From the NCBI GenBank assembly GCA_031411295.1, contig JANOAV010000105.1, forward strand, positions 1 through 64,000: a stretch of 64,000 nucleotides of DNA. The letters run 5' to 3'. This document shows, piece after piece, positions 37,001-46,094 of the stretch. The position numbers and the translations under genes were made by a program. Every line of letters begins with the position of its first letter. Within the stretch, counting starts at the first letter, position 1. This DNA is from Verrucomicrobiales bacterium (lineage in GTDB: Bacteria; Verrucomicrobiota; Verrucomicrobiia; Verrucomicrobiales; V1-33). The notes below the pieces were generated by a model. The model saw only the letters and a list, made by a program, of their open reading frames with translations, had not been told where the DNA came from and ran no database searches.

Positions 37001-37399
37001 TTCACCTGCCACCGTTTCGGCAACGAAGGCGGCATGACCGGGCCTGACCTAACAGGCGCTGGAGGGCGCTACAGTCCTCATGATTTGCTTGATCAAATCA
37101 TTAATCCCAGCAAGGAAATCAACGAGCAGTTCGCCCCCATCATCGTTACCAAGAACAACGGAGATGTCATCTCTGGGGTCGTGGTAAATCTCAGTGGTGA
37201 TGGCGTAACACTGAACACGGATCTGTCCGATCCTGATCAGCGGGTGAATGTAGATCGCAAGGAACTCAAGAGTATCGAACTCAGCAAGGTTTCCCCGATG
37301 CCGCCCATGCTCCTGGCGATGCTAACCAAGGAAGAAATCATGGACCTCCTGGCTTACGTCCTCAGTGCAGGCGACAAGACTAACGGCATGTTCAAATAA
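34061..37399 (+). CDS. DUF1080 domain fused to a PVC-type beta-propeller dehydrogenase-like / cytochrome c protein
   Basis: Signal peptide; FNGKDLTGW...GNNTGVQYRS...IAFQIH (DUF1080); P/A/K-rich linker; GFRNIFD, WYRPTRI; CFTCH heme motif; GPDLT; SPMP. Confidence 0.85.
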   Translation: MRLLPILFTAFTLSSTAFAEEGFRPIFNGKDLTGWEGNPELWAVEDGCITGKTTGPEQMKYNQFLIWTGGKVKNFELRLKVKHKGNNTGVQYRSKELPENGKWSVGGYQCDMHPNAPYNAMVYEERGRGIITQNGQSVIIDPQGQKWIVAEREPVKVDPAEWHDYTIIAQGNHLIHKIDGKVTIDLTDHEEKARALEGIVAFQIHRGPAMVVQIKDVAIKDLPDGGLVAFDAAAIPSDAQQLGKPNPKANPKAKPKAAPAEPAKPAETPVAAAPKAKAKKSTGTGEAIGENKATPVGRIKAAKDFKVELLYSVPGGDQGSWVNLCADDKGRIYASDQYGSLYRFAAPAPGQPLDPASVQKVPVEMRAVNGMLFAFGALYVGVNDYESKIQSGLYRLTDSNGDDQLDKVELLRAFESKGDHGVHAILPTPDGKGLYLITGNNAKPTQTDATSPVPRVWGDDHLLPRMPDGRGHNRDVMAPGGIIYKVSPDGKDFKMFASGFRNIFDAGLNLDGELFTYDADMEYDFNTSWYRPTRINHVVSGAEYGWRNGAGKYPEFYVDNLPATLNIGPGSPTGVTFGYGAKFPAKYQKAMFALDWSWGKLYAVHLTEQGSSYTATKEEFITGSPLPLTDAIIHPKDGAMYFAIGGRKVQSGLYRVTYTGSEATTPIDRAPKTTPARTLRHQLEAFHGKQDPAAVATAWPYLSHEDRFISWAARIAIEHQPVATWQARVFSETDPAKQLPALLALTEVSGTCPTHRTKASVVDTAMRDQLIAALLKLDWAKLTFTQQLSYVRIMEIVLHRFGNPDDATVAKIIAKLDPAFPSEKFELNWLLCETLAYLQAPTTAAKGMALIAAAPSQEPQIEYARSLRFLTAGWTKELRTAQLEWFLKAANFRGGSSFDKFIEFIRHDTLASFSPAHKTELAALIEQKPVRKSALENVGAMFVGRTPTMWTLEDLSAATKDGMKHRNYDNGRKMFGAAACFTCHRFGNEGGMTGPDLTGAGGRYSPHDLLDQIINPSKEINEQFAPIIVTKNNGDVISGVVVNLSGDGVTLNTDLSDPDQRVNVDRKELKSIELSKVSPMPPMLLAMLTKEEIMDLLAYVLSAGDKTNGMFK

Positions 37400-37407
37400 G
37401 CCCTCAG

Positions 37408-37430
37408 GAGGGTGGACATTTTGTCCACCA
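37408..37430. repeat. REP-like short palindrome
   Basis: ggagggtggacattttgtccacc: ggtggaca/tgtccacc stem preceded by GGAG. Confidence 0.45.
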
Positions 37431-37461
37431 GTGCCACACCACAGGCCTGCAAAAACCAACC

Positions 37462-37502
37462 CCGACCATGCCGCGGCAGACGCTTAATCGCTGCATGGTC
37501 GG
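37462..37502. terminator. Hairpin between convergent genes, possible terminator or stabiliser
   Basis: ccgaccatgc ... gcatggtcgg perfect 10-bp stem; no clear U-tract. Confidence 0.35.
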
Positions 37503-37585
37503 AGTAATACGAGTTGCATCAAGGACCCATCCCGAGCAGTCCAGTGGACCGCTCGATATGCTGTCGGAGCCTTTGTGCAAATGGC

Positions 37586-38503
37586 CTAGACCTTGCCTTG
37601 GAGGAGGCCGCTGAGGATTTTCGAGATCTCCATGCCTTTGAACTTTTCGCTGAGTTCCTTGGCTTTGTTGGAAATTTCCGTGCCGTATTGGGATTGCATC
37701 ACTTTGGCTTTCTCCACCAGTTTGGAGAATTCCTCCTTCAGCATGGGAAGATCGATCTGGCGACCTGAGGCGTAGTAACGATCGGCCACGGTGCCGAGGG
37801 CATACGTGGTGGCGAAGGTTAGGGCAGTGCCGGCAATGCCGCCAGTCACGTTTCCCACCGTTTCCCCGGTCTCTCCGCCCAAGCCGCCGAGCACCCCCGA
37901 GAGGATGCGACGCATGCCAGTTTCGATGACTTGGGAGACGGCCCCGATGCCCAAGGCCGCTGCAAAATCCCGCAGCGACTTGCGGTCCAGCGCGATGCCA
38001 TGGCGTTGCCCAATATCATACACTAACTTCATCTGCGTGGGGATGATGGCCAGGGAGCCTGCAGTTTGAGGGAGTAATTCCAGCGCTGCGGCCAGCACCG
38101 AATATTTCAGCAGGAGGGATTCCAAATCGCCTGCCGCCACGACTAAGGGCGTAGTCTCCACCGGGGCTTCCGGGGCTGCTTCCGCTGGCTGCAATGCCGC
38201 ATGGAGGGTTTTGAGAAACGCTAGCTCGGCGGGGACGGATGGTCCACTGGCTTCGCAAACGCAAAGGGCGATTTCATAGGCCAGGGTCTTGGCGTCTGGT
38301 GAAGTTAGTTCGGCCACGGCGGATTCCAGAGTGGTTTGCTTGGTGAGCACGGACTGATAAGCTTCCGCCAGATCCACTGCGGTCATTTGGAACCCTTCGG
38401 CGGTGCGGCGGATGGCGGCGTGCTCTCGTTCGTCCTTGGCGTCGTCGGCAAAAGCTGCCAGGAGGGAGAGGGAAAGAATGGCGCGTTGTTCGGTGGGAGT
38501 CAT
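37586..38503 (-). CDS. TerB-like domain + DUF697/YcjF-like membrane protein
   Basis: LLAAFADDAKDERE...AYEIALCVCEA (TerB-like); LLPQTAGSLAIIPTQMKLVYDIG...FATTYALG. Confidence 0.75.
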   Translation of the reverse strand: MTPTEQRAILSLSLLAAFADDAKDEREHAAIRRTAEGFQMTAVDLAEAYQSVLTKQTTLESAVAELTSPDAKTLAYEIALCVCEASGPSVPAELAFLKTLHAALQPAEAAPEAPVETTPLVVAAGDLESLLLKYSVLAAALELLPQTAGSLAIIPTQMKLVYDIGQRHGIALDRKSLRDFAAALGIGAVSQVIETGMRRILSGVLGGLGGETGETVGNVTGGIAGTALTFATTYALGTVADRYYASGRQIDLPMLKEEFSKLVEKAKVMQSQYGTEISNKAKELSEKFKGMEISKILSGLLQGKV

Positions 38504-38667
38504 AAGCAATAAGGGAGAGGTGTAAAATCGATCAAGTTAGGCCGAGAGATGCCGCAAATGTTGATCGCTGACTACTACAAAATGAGACCGCTTTTACATT
38601 TGGTCTGACCTCGAAGCGGGACCGACCGGAGTGATGAGCCACTACCCGCACCGGAGGGGAGGCATGG

Positions 38668-39795
38668 TTAGATGCGCAGGAAAATTTTGCGATGATACAT
38701 CCACGCCAGGAGCAGCCACTCCACCAAGAGAATACCAGCACCGTGCAGCAAGGGCTGGTAATTTTCTCCCAGCGATTGAAAGACGCGGGGTCCTAAGTGG
38801 CGGGGTAGGGCTTCGCTAATAAACGTCACAAACAAATGAGCAATGAGGTAAGCGGCAATGGAGTTCATGCCGATCACCAGCAGCGGTTTGGCCCATTTTT
38901 TGCAGTGCAGGATCTCGATGATCCCATAAAAGGCTGCCAGCAGGAAACAACACCAACCGCCGCTAAACAAAGTCCAACTGGGGGTCCAAATCCGCTTCAC
39001 CACCGGGATCCAACCCAGCGCCCCCAAGGCCCAGCCTGTCCCTAGCAGTATTGCTCCAGCGATGAGCAGTCTGCGAATTTTTTCCGTCGGAGTTTTGTCC
39101 TCCCGCTGCAGCCAGCCACCCGCCAGCAATCCCAGGATCATGGTGCCGAGGGTGGGAATAAAACTCAGCGTGCTATAGCCCCCTTCATTGGCCACGAAGG
39201 GCGACTCCCGGGGAAAGAGGTTCATGAACCAGACATCGAATTTCCAGGCGGCATTCGTGTTGAGAGCCCAGTGGTCCCGGACTCCCGGAGCCAGTTGAGT
39301 GAGGAAAAAGAAGGCGGTGTAGCCAATGAGAATCGTGGCTAGTCCGATGACCTGTGCCCTGAGGGAGCGGTTACCCAGCCAATAGAGCACGCCGTAGCCC
39401 AGTCCGATCTGGGTCAGGGTGTCCTCGAAGGTCCAATTGGTCTGCGGGTGATCAATCGAGCGCAGGAAGACTCCCAGGAGAACGAGGATCAGGGCCCGTA
39501 ACCAAGCATGGGCGGTGCGCTGCCAGGCGGGCTGGCCGGAGGCGATCCGCTTGGCCAGGGAGAAGGGTAGGGCGACTCCGACGAGGAAGGAAAAGGATGG
39601 TTGGATCAGGTCGTGAAGCACCCAACCGGTCCACGCCACATGATTCTGGTGCTGCGCCAGTAATCTCCAGAAGCCGCTCTGGGGATTGCTTCCAGAGATT
39701 TTCCCGAACTCCAACACCTCTGCCATCATCAGTAACATTACGAAGCCTCGATAGGCATCGACTGAAGTCAGGCGGGGCGGCGGAGCGGGGTGCAT
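38668..39795 (-). CDS. DUF5009 / heparan-alpha-glucosaminide N-acetyltransferase-like membrane protein
   Basis: RLTSVDAYRG, HDLIQPSFSFLVGVA, DTLTQIGLGY, PVVKRIWTPSW, IGMNSIAAY. Confidence 0.85.
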   Translation of the reverse strand: MHPAPPPRLTSVDAYRGFVMLLMMAEVLEFGKISGSNPQSGFWRLLAQHQNHVAWTGWVLHDLIQPSFSFLVGVALPFSLAKRIASGQPAWQRTAHAWLRALILVLLGVFLRSIDHPQTNWTFEDTLTQIGLGYGVLYWLGNRSLRAQVIGLATILIGYTAFFFLTQLAPGVRDHWALNTNAAWKFDVWFMNLFPRESPFVANEGGYSTLSFIPTLGTMILGLLAGGWLQREDKTPTEKIRRLLIAGAILLGTGWALGALGWIPVVKRIWTPSWTLFSGGWCCFLLAAFYGIIEILHCKKWAKPLLVIGMNSIAAYLIAHLFVTFISEALPRHLGPRVFQSLGENYQPLLHGAGILLVEWLLLAWMYHRKIFLRI

Positions 39796-39799
39796 GGGG

Positions 39800-40996
39800 T
39801 CACTTTCTGATGTTGGATTGGGCCAACGGAAGAATCTTGGGCAACAGCAGTTCTGCCATTTTCTTGGCCCCGGCATCGGTCAAGATGGTCTCATTGACAA
39901 AGTGGGCTGGATCCTGCGGCACCTCGCCATTGAGTTCAATAAATGTTATTTTATTGTCTTCGGCATACTTTTGCGCCACTTCTTGGAAACGCCGCGCTTC
40001 CCGTTCCACCCATCCGGATTGGACGCGCACCGCCAGATTGCCATCGCTGCGTGACTTGGGCATGAAGGTGCAGCGCAGCGCCTCGGCCTCGTCGGTCATG
40101 ATTTCCTTACAAAGGCAGGGTTCGCCTGTTAGGATGAGTTTGGCCCCGACGGCTTTGGCCTCGGAGTTGATGATCTTGATGGCGTCCAGATACTCATTAC
40201 GGGGATCTGCATCGGAAAGGCGGAAGGGATTCGGCACGGGGGGGATTTTGGCGAACTCCACGCGGAGTTGGGCGAAGTGATCCGTGAAGAAGTTATCCTC
40301 GCCCACCATGTCTTGCGCGCGTTGCGTGTCACGAGTAACGCTATTGGCCAGTTTCCAACGGGCTAATTGGGAGATCTTGGCTAACGAGTTCTTGACGGCT
40401 CCGCGGTCGCGCTTGGGTATTGGAATCGCGCCAAAGGCATTGGCGTCATATTGATAATCCAAAGGCTGGCCCAGCACCTCGCCTGCGCCAAAGTTGGTGA
40501 TGATGAGATCCGGTTGGAAATCTTTGGCAAAGGTAGAGACCCAGCGTGCCCCAACCAAGGAAAGGAAGCCCGAAGCCCCATTCGCGCCGACTTCGATTTT
40601 CACGCCGGGAAGCTTTGCTTGCAACATTGTCCCCAACTGCCCCCACCAAGTGTCCGGCGCGTTCTGGAGTTGGGCGAAGGTGGCAAAGCCGCCTACGCAG
40701 AGGATGCGCAGGGAATTCGGTTCGCGCTGACCAGAAGTCCAGTTGATGGCGCGCAGTTGGTTCTCCTGGGTCATGGTTAGCACCACCTTGGGTTGCAATC
40801 CGGGGATCTTATTTTTCAAACGGATGGTCATGAGTCCTTCGGTCGGTGCCCGGAAGGCGGCCCACAGCACGATTTCCGTGAGCAGGAGCAGTGCCAGAAT
40901 TCCGAGGACAAAGCGGACGGCTAGTTTGACGAGATTTTGGGTGGAAAAGGTATCAGCGTTCACGAGGAAGGGATCTTTGGGAGAATTATTTGGCAA
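39800..40996 (-). CDS. Membrane-anchored SGNH/GDSL-like protein (catalytic residues degenerate)
   Basis: N-terminal TM; RILCVGGFATF block I-like, PDLIITNFGAGE, HFVNETILTDAGAKKMAE block V-like. Confidence 0.65.
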   Translation of the reverse strand: MPNNSPKDPFLVNADTFSTQNLVKLAVRFVLGILALLLLTEIVLWAAFRAPTEGLMTIRLKNKIPGLQPKVVLTMTQENQLRAINWTSGQREPNSLRILCVGGFATFAQLQNAPDTWWGQLGTMLQAKLPGVKIEVGANGASGFLSLVGARWVSTFAKDFQPDLIITNFGAGEVLGQPLDYQYDANAFGAIPIPKRDRGAVKNSLAKISQLARWKLANSVTRDTQRAQDMVGEDNFFTDHFAQLRVEFAKIPPVPNPFRLSDADPRNEYLDAIKIINSEAKAVGAKLILTGEPCLCKEIMTDEAEALRCTFMPKSRSDGNLAVRVQSGWVEREARRFQEVAQKYAEDNKITFIELNGEVPQDPAHFVNETILTDAGAKKMAELLLPKILPLAQSNIRK

Positions 40997-41329
40997 TGGA
41001 CGGTCTTAATTACCACGGAGTCCAATATTGGGAAAGAGGAGAAATTTTACCAAATCAGATTTGCGGTGAGCAAGTCAGACTGCCGGACCCGCCGGAGCGT
41101 TAGTTTGCGGAATTAGAAAAAAAATGATAAATTTTGTCCAGACTGAATGCCGAATTCCGATAATTAAGGTGGAGACCTCCCGCGGCACCTCAAGATTGCC
41201 CCAGTTTCCTCACTCGCCACCTACTCCAAACCCCTCTGCCTGTTCATGAAATTTACCCTTTGCCTACCCAGATTCCGCTTTCTGAGCGCGGATCCAACCC
41301 TCAGTCCTGCCCCGGGGCGGGGATGCTGG

Positions 41330-41569
41330 CTAGACATCGAGCAAGCGGTCCCGCTCGTTGAGTCTTCCGCAGGTTGGGCATGGCACCAACGGTTGATTGG
41401 TGAATTCATCGAAGACCGTGCCGCAGACGTCACAACTGACGCGAAATTTCATGAGCTTGCGCTCTCGTCGGCGTTGTTGCCAGACACGCACGGCCCACAC
41501 CATGCTGAGCAATCCCAGCAGGATGCAGAGATCGTAGATGATGAGTTCGGGCAGAGTGGTCTTGAACAT
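41330..41569 (-). CDS. Small membrane protein with C-terminal zinc ribbon
   Basis: TM helix followed by CDVC...CPTCG. Confidence 0.7.
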   Translation of the reverse strand: MFKTTLPELIIYDLCILLGLLSMVWAVRVWQQRRRERKLMKFRVSCDVCGTVFDEFTNQPLVPCPTCGRLNERDRLLDV

Positions 41570-41718
41570 GCGAAAGGTAAGCCTAGATCGGAAGCGGATG
41601 CAAGGCTAAGCGAAAGGGGGCAGGCCGGCTGGACACCAATATATTCCTGGATTCTGGCTTATGCTGGTGGACAGAATTCGAGGAAAATGCTAAATTACCA
41701 GAGAAATTACTATCCACT

Positions 41719-42210
41719 ATGAAACTGACCACACTGACCACACTGACCACACTAATAACGCTAACCTGCTTACTGCAATTCTCAACCCTCGGGGGGTATG
41801 CTGAAGACAGCAAAGACCCTCTGGCGGACATCAAGTCTCAATTGAAGGACCCTGCCAAACCGTTCACTTTAATCGTCGAGTTCAGCATTAAGCCGGAGCA
41901 TGTTAAGGAGTGGCGCAAGTTGGTGCAGGACTCTGTGAAGCAGACCAAGCAGGAGCCTGGTTGTGTAACTTACACCTGTCATCAGGACGCCAAGGATCCC
42001 AATAAGTTTGTCTTTGTGGAAGTCTGGCGCAGCATGGCGGCCATCGAATTCCATGTGCAGCAAGAGTATGTCAAGAGTCTGTTAGGTAAAGCCGGTGAAC
42101 TAGGATCGGCCCCGCCCAATATTCGCGTCCTCACTCCGTGGGTTCCCGCTCCGCCGAAGCCCAAGGACGAGGGCGCACCCGCCAAGCCGACCGATCCAGC
42201 TGTCAAATAG
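41719..42210 (+). CDS. ABM-family (putative quinol monooxygenase) protein with N-terminal signal-like peptide
   Basis: TKQEPGCVTYTCHQDAKDPNKFVFVEVWRSMAAIEFH motif. Confidence 0.85.
   Translation: MKLTTLTTLTTLITLTCLLQFSTLGGYAEDSKDPLADIKSQLKDPAKPFTLIVEFSIKPEHVKEWRKLVQDSVKQTKQEPGCVTYTCHQDAKDPNKFVFVEVWRSMAAIEFHVQQEYVKSLLGKAGELGSAPPNIRVLTPWVPAPPKPKDEGAPAKPTDPAVK
41725..41751 (+). repeat. In-frame 9-bp tandem repeat (ctgaccaca x3, LTT x3)
   Basis: atgaaa ctgaccaca ctgaccaca ctgaccaca cta. Confidence 0.9.
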
Positions 42211-42254
42211 CACTTCAACCCATCCGCTCCAAAACCGAACCTCCCTCCTGTCTT

Positions 42255-44528
42255 ATGAAAATCTCTCCGAATCTTTCGGGGGGGCTTCTGATGTGGCCCC
42301 TGGCCGCAGCAATGCTCACGTGCCCCCTACTGCGGGCGAACCCAGAAACGGCCAATTTCACTTTTTCGAACACCACGCGATTAAGTGCGCAGGCGGGGTA
42401 TTGGCGGCATTATGCCCCGTCTGAGGGGTGGGCCGCACGCATGAACTGGACGGGAAATGTCTCCACCTGCACTCCCGGGACCGTGTCTGCAGACTATTTC
42501 GATGATTGCCTGCGGCGGATCAATTATTACCGGGCCCAGGCGGGGTTGCCTTCGGATGTGGCGCATAACTCAACCAAGAGCGCCAAATGTCAGTGGGCCA
42601 CCCTCATCTTCAGTAAACAGGGGGATATTTCGCATACCCCGGCAGATGATTTCCCCAGTAACACCTGTCTGATGGCTGATAAAGCGGCCCACGGAGGGAA
42701 TGGTTGGGGGGATGCTGCGGCTTATGCCGGTAATCTAGCGTTGGGGAACACGGGGCCGGCAGCAATTGATGACTTGATTTGGGATAGTGGTGCGGAAAAT
42801 ACTGCGACGGGCCATCGACGCTGGTTTCTGGACCCCCGGGCCGCAGACATGGGATTCGGCGGAGTGCCTGCCAGTGGTTCTGGTGCTGGTGCTGTCAACG
42901 CCAGTGCTTGCGTTTGGATCATCGGGGATTGGAAGTCGCTGTCGGCAGCCACGACGAAGGTGGTGACTTGGCCGAACGCGGGATTCGTGCCCTACCAATT
43001 GGTGCCAAATTCAGCGAATTCAGCAGTTTTCGGCGGGCAGGTGCGCTGGTCCTGCACTTACACCAACGGAAATTTTTCCAGTGCCAGTGTGACCATGAAT
43101 CGGACTTCGGGGACGGGCTCCCCGGCCAGCGTGGGGCTGACCAAAGAACCTTACGAGGAAGGCTATGGTGACAACGCGATCGTCTGGAAATTGAACAGCG
43201 GTGCGTCCGTCGTAGCCCCGACACCGGTCCAGGATGTAACCTATCGCATTGTGATCTCAGGCATTACCCTAACGTCGGGTGCTCCGCCGCCGCAATTTGC
43301 AGCCACGGGTGGTGGCACCTACAGCTATACCTATGATGTTACGACCTTCGACGTCACGGCCCTGACTCCAGCCATGACGGTGAGCGGAGCAGCAGCTCCC
43401 GCAGCTGGATTGACTAATACCTATACTCTCAATCCCTTGGCAGAGTCCAGTGGCCTCACGGTGCGAGCTGGCACTGCTGCCACCGCCGTTTGGACGGAAG
43501 GGGCAGAGGACGCTCCCACGCCTAAGGTGTTGGACGGCACCACTGGCGGATATTCCCTCCTCATGAGTTCGCTTCCCAGCAGTGGAAGCAAGACGTTCCA
43601 TCTCACCTTTCCTTCCAGTCCGGTTGCGACGCAGTCCTTCACCATCGATCACCATATCATCCCCAGCGCCACGAGTCGCCTCCAGTTCAAGCATCGCTTT
43701 CGTTTTGTAAAACTGGGTAGTTCGCTCAACGCGGAAATTTCCACGGACGATGGATCCAGTTGGACGAAGTTTTGGTCCCGGGCAGGAGATGCTAATAGCA
43801 GCAGTGGTAACAGCGGTTCCTTGGAAGCCAGCTATCAAACCGGGGACGTTGCCATCCCCGCGATTTATGCAGGGCGCACGTGTCGCTTCCGTTTCTCGTT
43901 GGATCATACCACTGGACCGTTTTCTACCGGGACTACGGATACTTACGGGGCGTTGGTGGATAACGTTACCGTAACTGCAGCCCAGGAGTTCACCGTTAGT
44001 TCAGCAACCGTGCTTGCCAGCGCAGCCACGACCTATGCGTTCGTCCCCCCCAGTGTTGGGACCTACTATTTGCAAGCTAGCATGGAGCTGGGAGATACCC
44101 ATTGGATGGATTGGGGCCCGCTGACCACCGTGACGGCGGTGGCCCCAGTTTCATTGCAAACCTGGCGGGCCACGAATCTGGCTTCAGCTACGAATACGGG
44201 CTCTGCCGCCGATGCGGCGGATCCGGATGGCGACGGATTGGCCAACATTGTGGAATACGCTTTTGGCCTGAATCCCTCGTCCGCGCAATGGGATGCGGTG
44301 GCGTTACCGACTGTGAGCAAATCGGGAAATAGCATCGTTTACAGCTTCAAACCATCCGCTGGCGCCACGGGGGTGACTTACACCGTGCAGAAAACGACGA
44401 ACTTGGCCACTGGGCCATGGACGACTGTTCCCAGCAGTGTCACGAAAGGCACCTACTCCGCCACCGTCCCGGTAGCCGCGAGTCCGATCTTCTTTCGGCT
44501 CAAGGTTGAAAACGTTTCAGGGTTGTAG
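42255..44528 (+). CDS. Secreted CAP (SCP/Tpx-1)-domain protein with beta-sandwich domains and C-terminal module
   Basis: RINYYRAQAGL, ISHTP, GNLALG, TGHRRWFLDP, MGFG; C-terminal DPDGDGLANIVEYAFGLNP...FFRLKV. Confidence 0.85.
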   Translation: MKISPNLSGGLLMWPLAAAMLTCPLLRANPETANFTFSNTTRLSAQAGYWRHYAPSEGWAARMNWTGNVSTCTPGTVSADYFDDCLRRINYYRAQAGLPSDVAHNSTKSAKCQWATLIFSKQGDISHTPADDFPSNTCLMADKAAHGGNGWGDAAAYAGNLALGNTGPAAIDDLIWDSGAENTATGHRRWFLDPRAADMGFGGVPASGSGAGAVNASACVWIIGDWKSLSAATTKVVTWPNAGFVPYQLVPNSANSAVFGGQVRWSCTYTNGNFSSASVTMNRTSGTGSPASVGLTKEPYEEGYGDNAIVWKLNSGASVVAPTPVQDVTYRIVISGITLTSGAPPPQFAATGGGTYSYTYDVTTFDVTALTPAMTVSGAAAPAAGLTNTYTLNPLAESSGLTVRAGTAATAVWTEGAEDAPTPKVLDGTTGGYSLLMSSLPSSGSKTFHLTFPSSPVATQSFTIDHHIIPSATSRLQFKHRFRFVKLGSSLNAEISTDDGSSWTKFWSRAGDANSSSGNSGSLEASYQTGDVAIPAIYAGRTCRFRFSLDHTTGPFSTGTTDTYGALVDNVTVTAAQEFTVSSATVLASAATTYAFVPPSVGTYYLQASMELGDTHWMDWGPLTTVTAVAPVSLQTWRATNLASATNTGSAADAADPDGDGLANIVEYAFGLNPSSAQWDAVALPTVSKSGNSIVYSFKPSAGATGVTYTVQKTTNLATGPWTTVPSSVTKGTYSATVPVAASPIFFRLKVENVSGL

Positions 44529-44589
44529 CTGCGGTTTGTAATCCGAACCCGACAGTTGCGTTTCCGCAGCAACGATACGATGCAGCAGG

Positions 44590-45429
44590 ATGATCGAATC
44601 GCTGGCAACACACTTCAAAGGCTGGGCCAAGCCGGGCCCTCCACCGCACTCTGCGGCCACCGCAGAGGAGGGGGAATCGTGCGACGCCATCAGTGGTCAC
44701 TATCGGCTGCTGCAGCTTAAGGCTGGTCATCGGTTCTCCACGGACGATATCCTGACTGCTTGGTATGGCACCACCTGGGCTCCTTCGGTGCGCTCCGGTT
44801 TGGACTTGGGAAGCGGGCTCGGCACCGTGGGCATGATCTGTGCGTGGCGCTGCCCGGGGGCTAAATTTGTTACGGTGGAGGCTCAGCCGGAAAGTGTCGC
44901 CTTGGCGCGACGCTCGGCTGTGGCGAATGGATTGGCGGATCGGTATGAGATTCGCGAAGGAGATTTTCGCGATCCCGGAGTTCTGGCGGAGCATGAGAAA
45001 TTTGATCTGATCACGGGCAGTCCACCTTATTGGCCGGTGGAGGCGGGTGTTGTTAGCGAACACCCGCAGAAACTTGCTTGTCGTTTTGAGCTGCGCGGTA
45101 GTGTGGCGGACTATTGCGAGACGGCGGCTCGGCATCTGGCTGTGGGAGGCTTCTTTGCCTGCGTCTTTCCCCATGAGCCACAACAACTGGCCCGCGTGGT
45201 GGCTGGAGCCCAGGCTGCGGGACTGGTCATCGTGCGCAAGCGTCCGATTCAATTCCGCGAGGGTGATGCTCCGCTGGTGGCGTTGTTCGGCATGATGAGA
45301 GCGGAGGATTTGCCGGAATGGTTTCGAGGCCAAACTTGGGAAGAGCCCCCACTGATCATCCGCACCAAGGCCGGGGCCGTGCATCCCGAGTATTCTGCAG
45401 TGAAATTGGCGATCGGATTTCCCCCATAG
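44590..45429 (+). CDS. SAM-dependent methyltransferase, TrmN6/YfiC-like
   Basis: GHRFSTDDIL, LDLGSGLG, VEAQ, FDLITGSPPY, CRFELRG. Confidence 0.85.
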   Translation: MIESLATHFKGWAKPGPPPHSAATAEEGESCDAISGHYRLLQLKAGHRFSTDDILTAWYGTTWAPSVRSGLDLGSGLGTVGMICAWRCPGAKFVTVEAQPESVALARRSAVANGLADRYEIREGDFRDPGVLAEHEKFDLITGSPPYWPVEAGVVSEHPQKLACRFELRGSVADYCETAARHLAVGGFFACVFPHEPQQLARVVAGAQAAGLVIVRKRPIQFREGDAPLVALFGMMRAEDLPEWFRGQTWEEPPLIIRTKAGAVHPEYSAVKLAIGFPP

Positions 45430-45600
45430 GGCTACGGGGCATGCTCGGATGGGTTGCCCACTGAAATATTCGACAGATTTGAAAAAAGTTCCGGAGGGTG
45501 TAACCAGTCGCCTCCGCGTGGTCAACTCAGATTACCTGCCAGTGTAATGCTCGGCGGGTATTCACTTCACTAAATACTGTCACTTCACCTACTACCCATC

Positions 45601-46053
45601 ATGAAAACCATGCCCCTTTATCGCACTTTGACATTGGCAATCTTCACGCTGCTTTCCTTGACCCTCAGCCCCGGTGCCAAGGCGGATACCAGCGAGGATA
45701 AAGCTGAACTGGCCGAGCACCTCGTCGCCCTGCTTAATAAGGCCGGTTACGGCGTGCGGGATCGTTACACTTCAGGCGACTTATACGAGGGAGAGACGAC
45801 TAAAGTCACAACGACGTTGCACGAAGGTAATGCCTATCAAATTGTCGTCGCCAGTCCTTACAAAAGCAGTGACGTCGATGTTCGCATTTATGATGAGAAC
45901 GACAACTTGATCGCGCAGGACAATGATGACACGGCCATGGCGGTCGTGAAGATCACCCCGAAATGGAGTGGGAAGTTTAAAATTGTCATCACCATGCATT
46001 CGTGCCGCCACCTGAGCGCGGCTTGGGTCATGCAGTATGGCTTCAAGAATTAA
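45601..46053 (+). CDS. Hypothetical secreted protein (PPC-like beta-sandwich)
   Basis: Signal peptide; DVDVRIYDENDNLIAQD...ITPKWSGKFKI. Confidence 0.75.
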   Translation: MKTMPLYRTLTLAIFTLLSLTLSPGAKADTSEDKAELAEHLVALLNKAGYGVRDRYTSGDLYEGETTKVTTTLHEGNAYQIVVASPYKSSDVDVRIYDENDNLIAQDNDDTAMAVVKITPKWSGKFKIVITMHSCRHLSAAWVMQYGFKN

Positions 46054-46094
46054 TCCCTGTCGCACCCATGCCTACAAGGCACGCTCTACCCAAG

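Noticed and set aside
41330..41569. HypA assignment for the small zinc-ribbon protein
   Set aside because: It lacks the N-terminal MHE nickel motif, has a TM helix, and no hydrogenase genes are nearby.
44500..45525. Long antisense ORFs (also 32608-33537, 23006-23887, 15935-16888, 8875-9558)
   Set aside because: Shadows of well-supported genes on the opposite strand in GC-rich DNA; no motifs.
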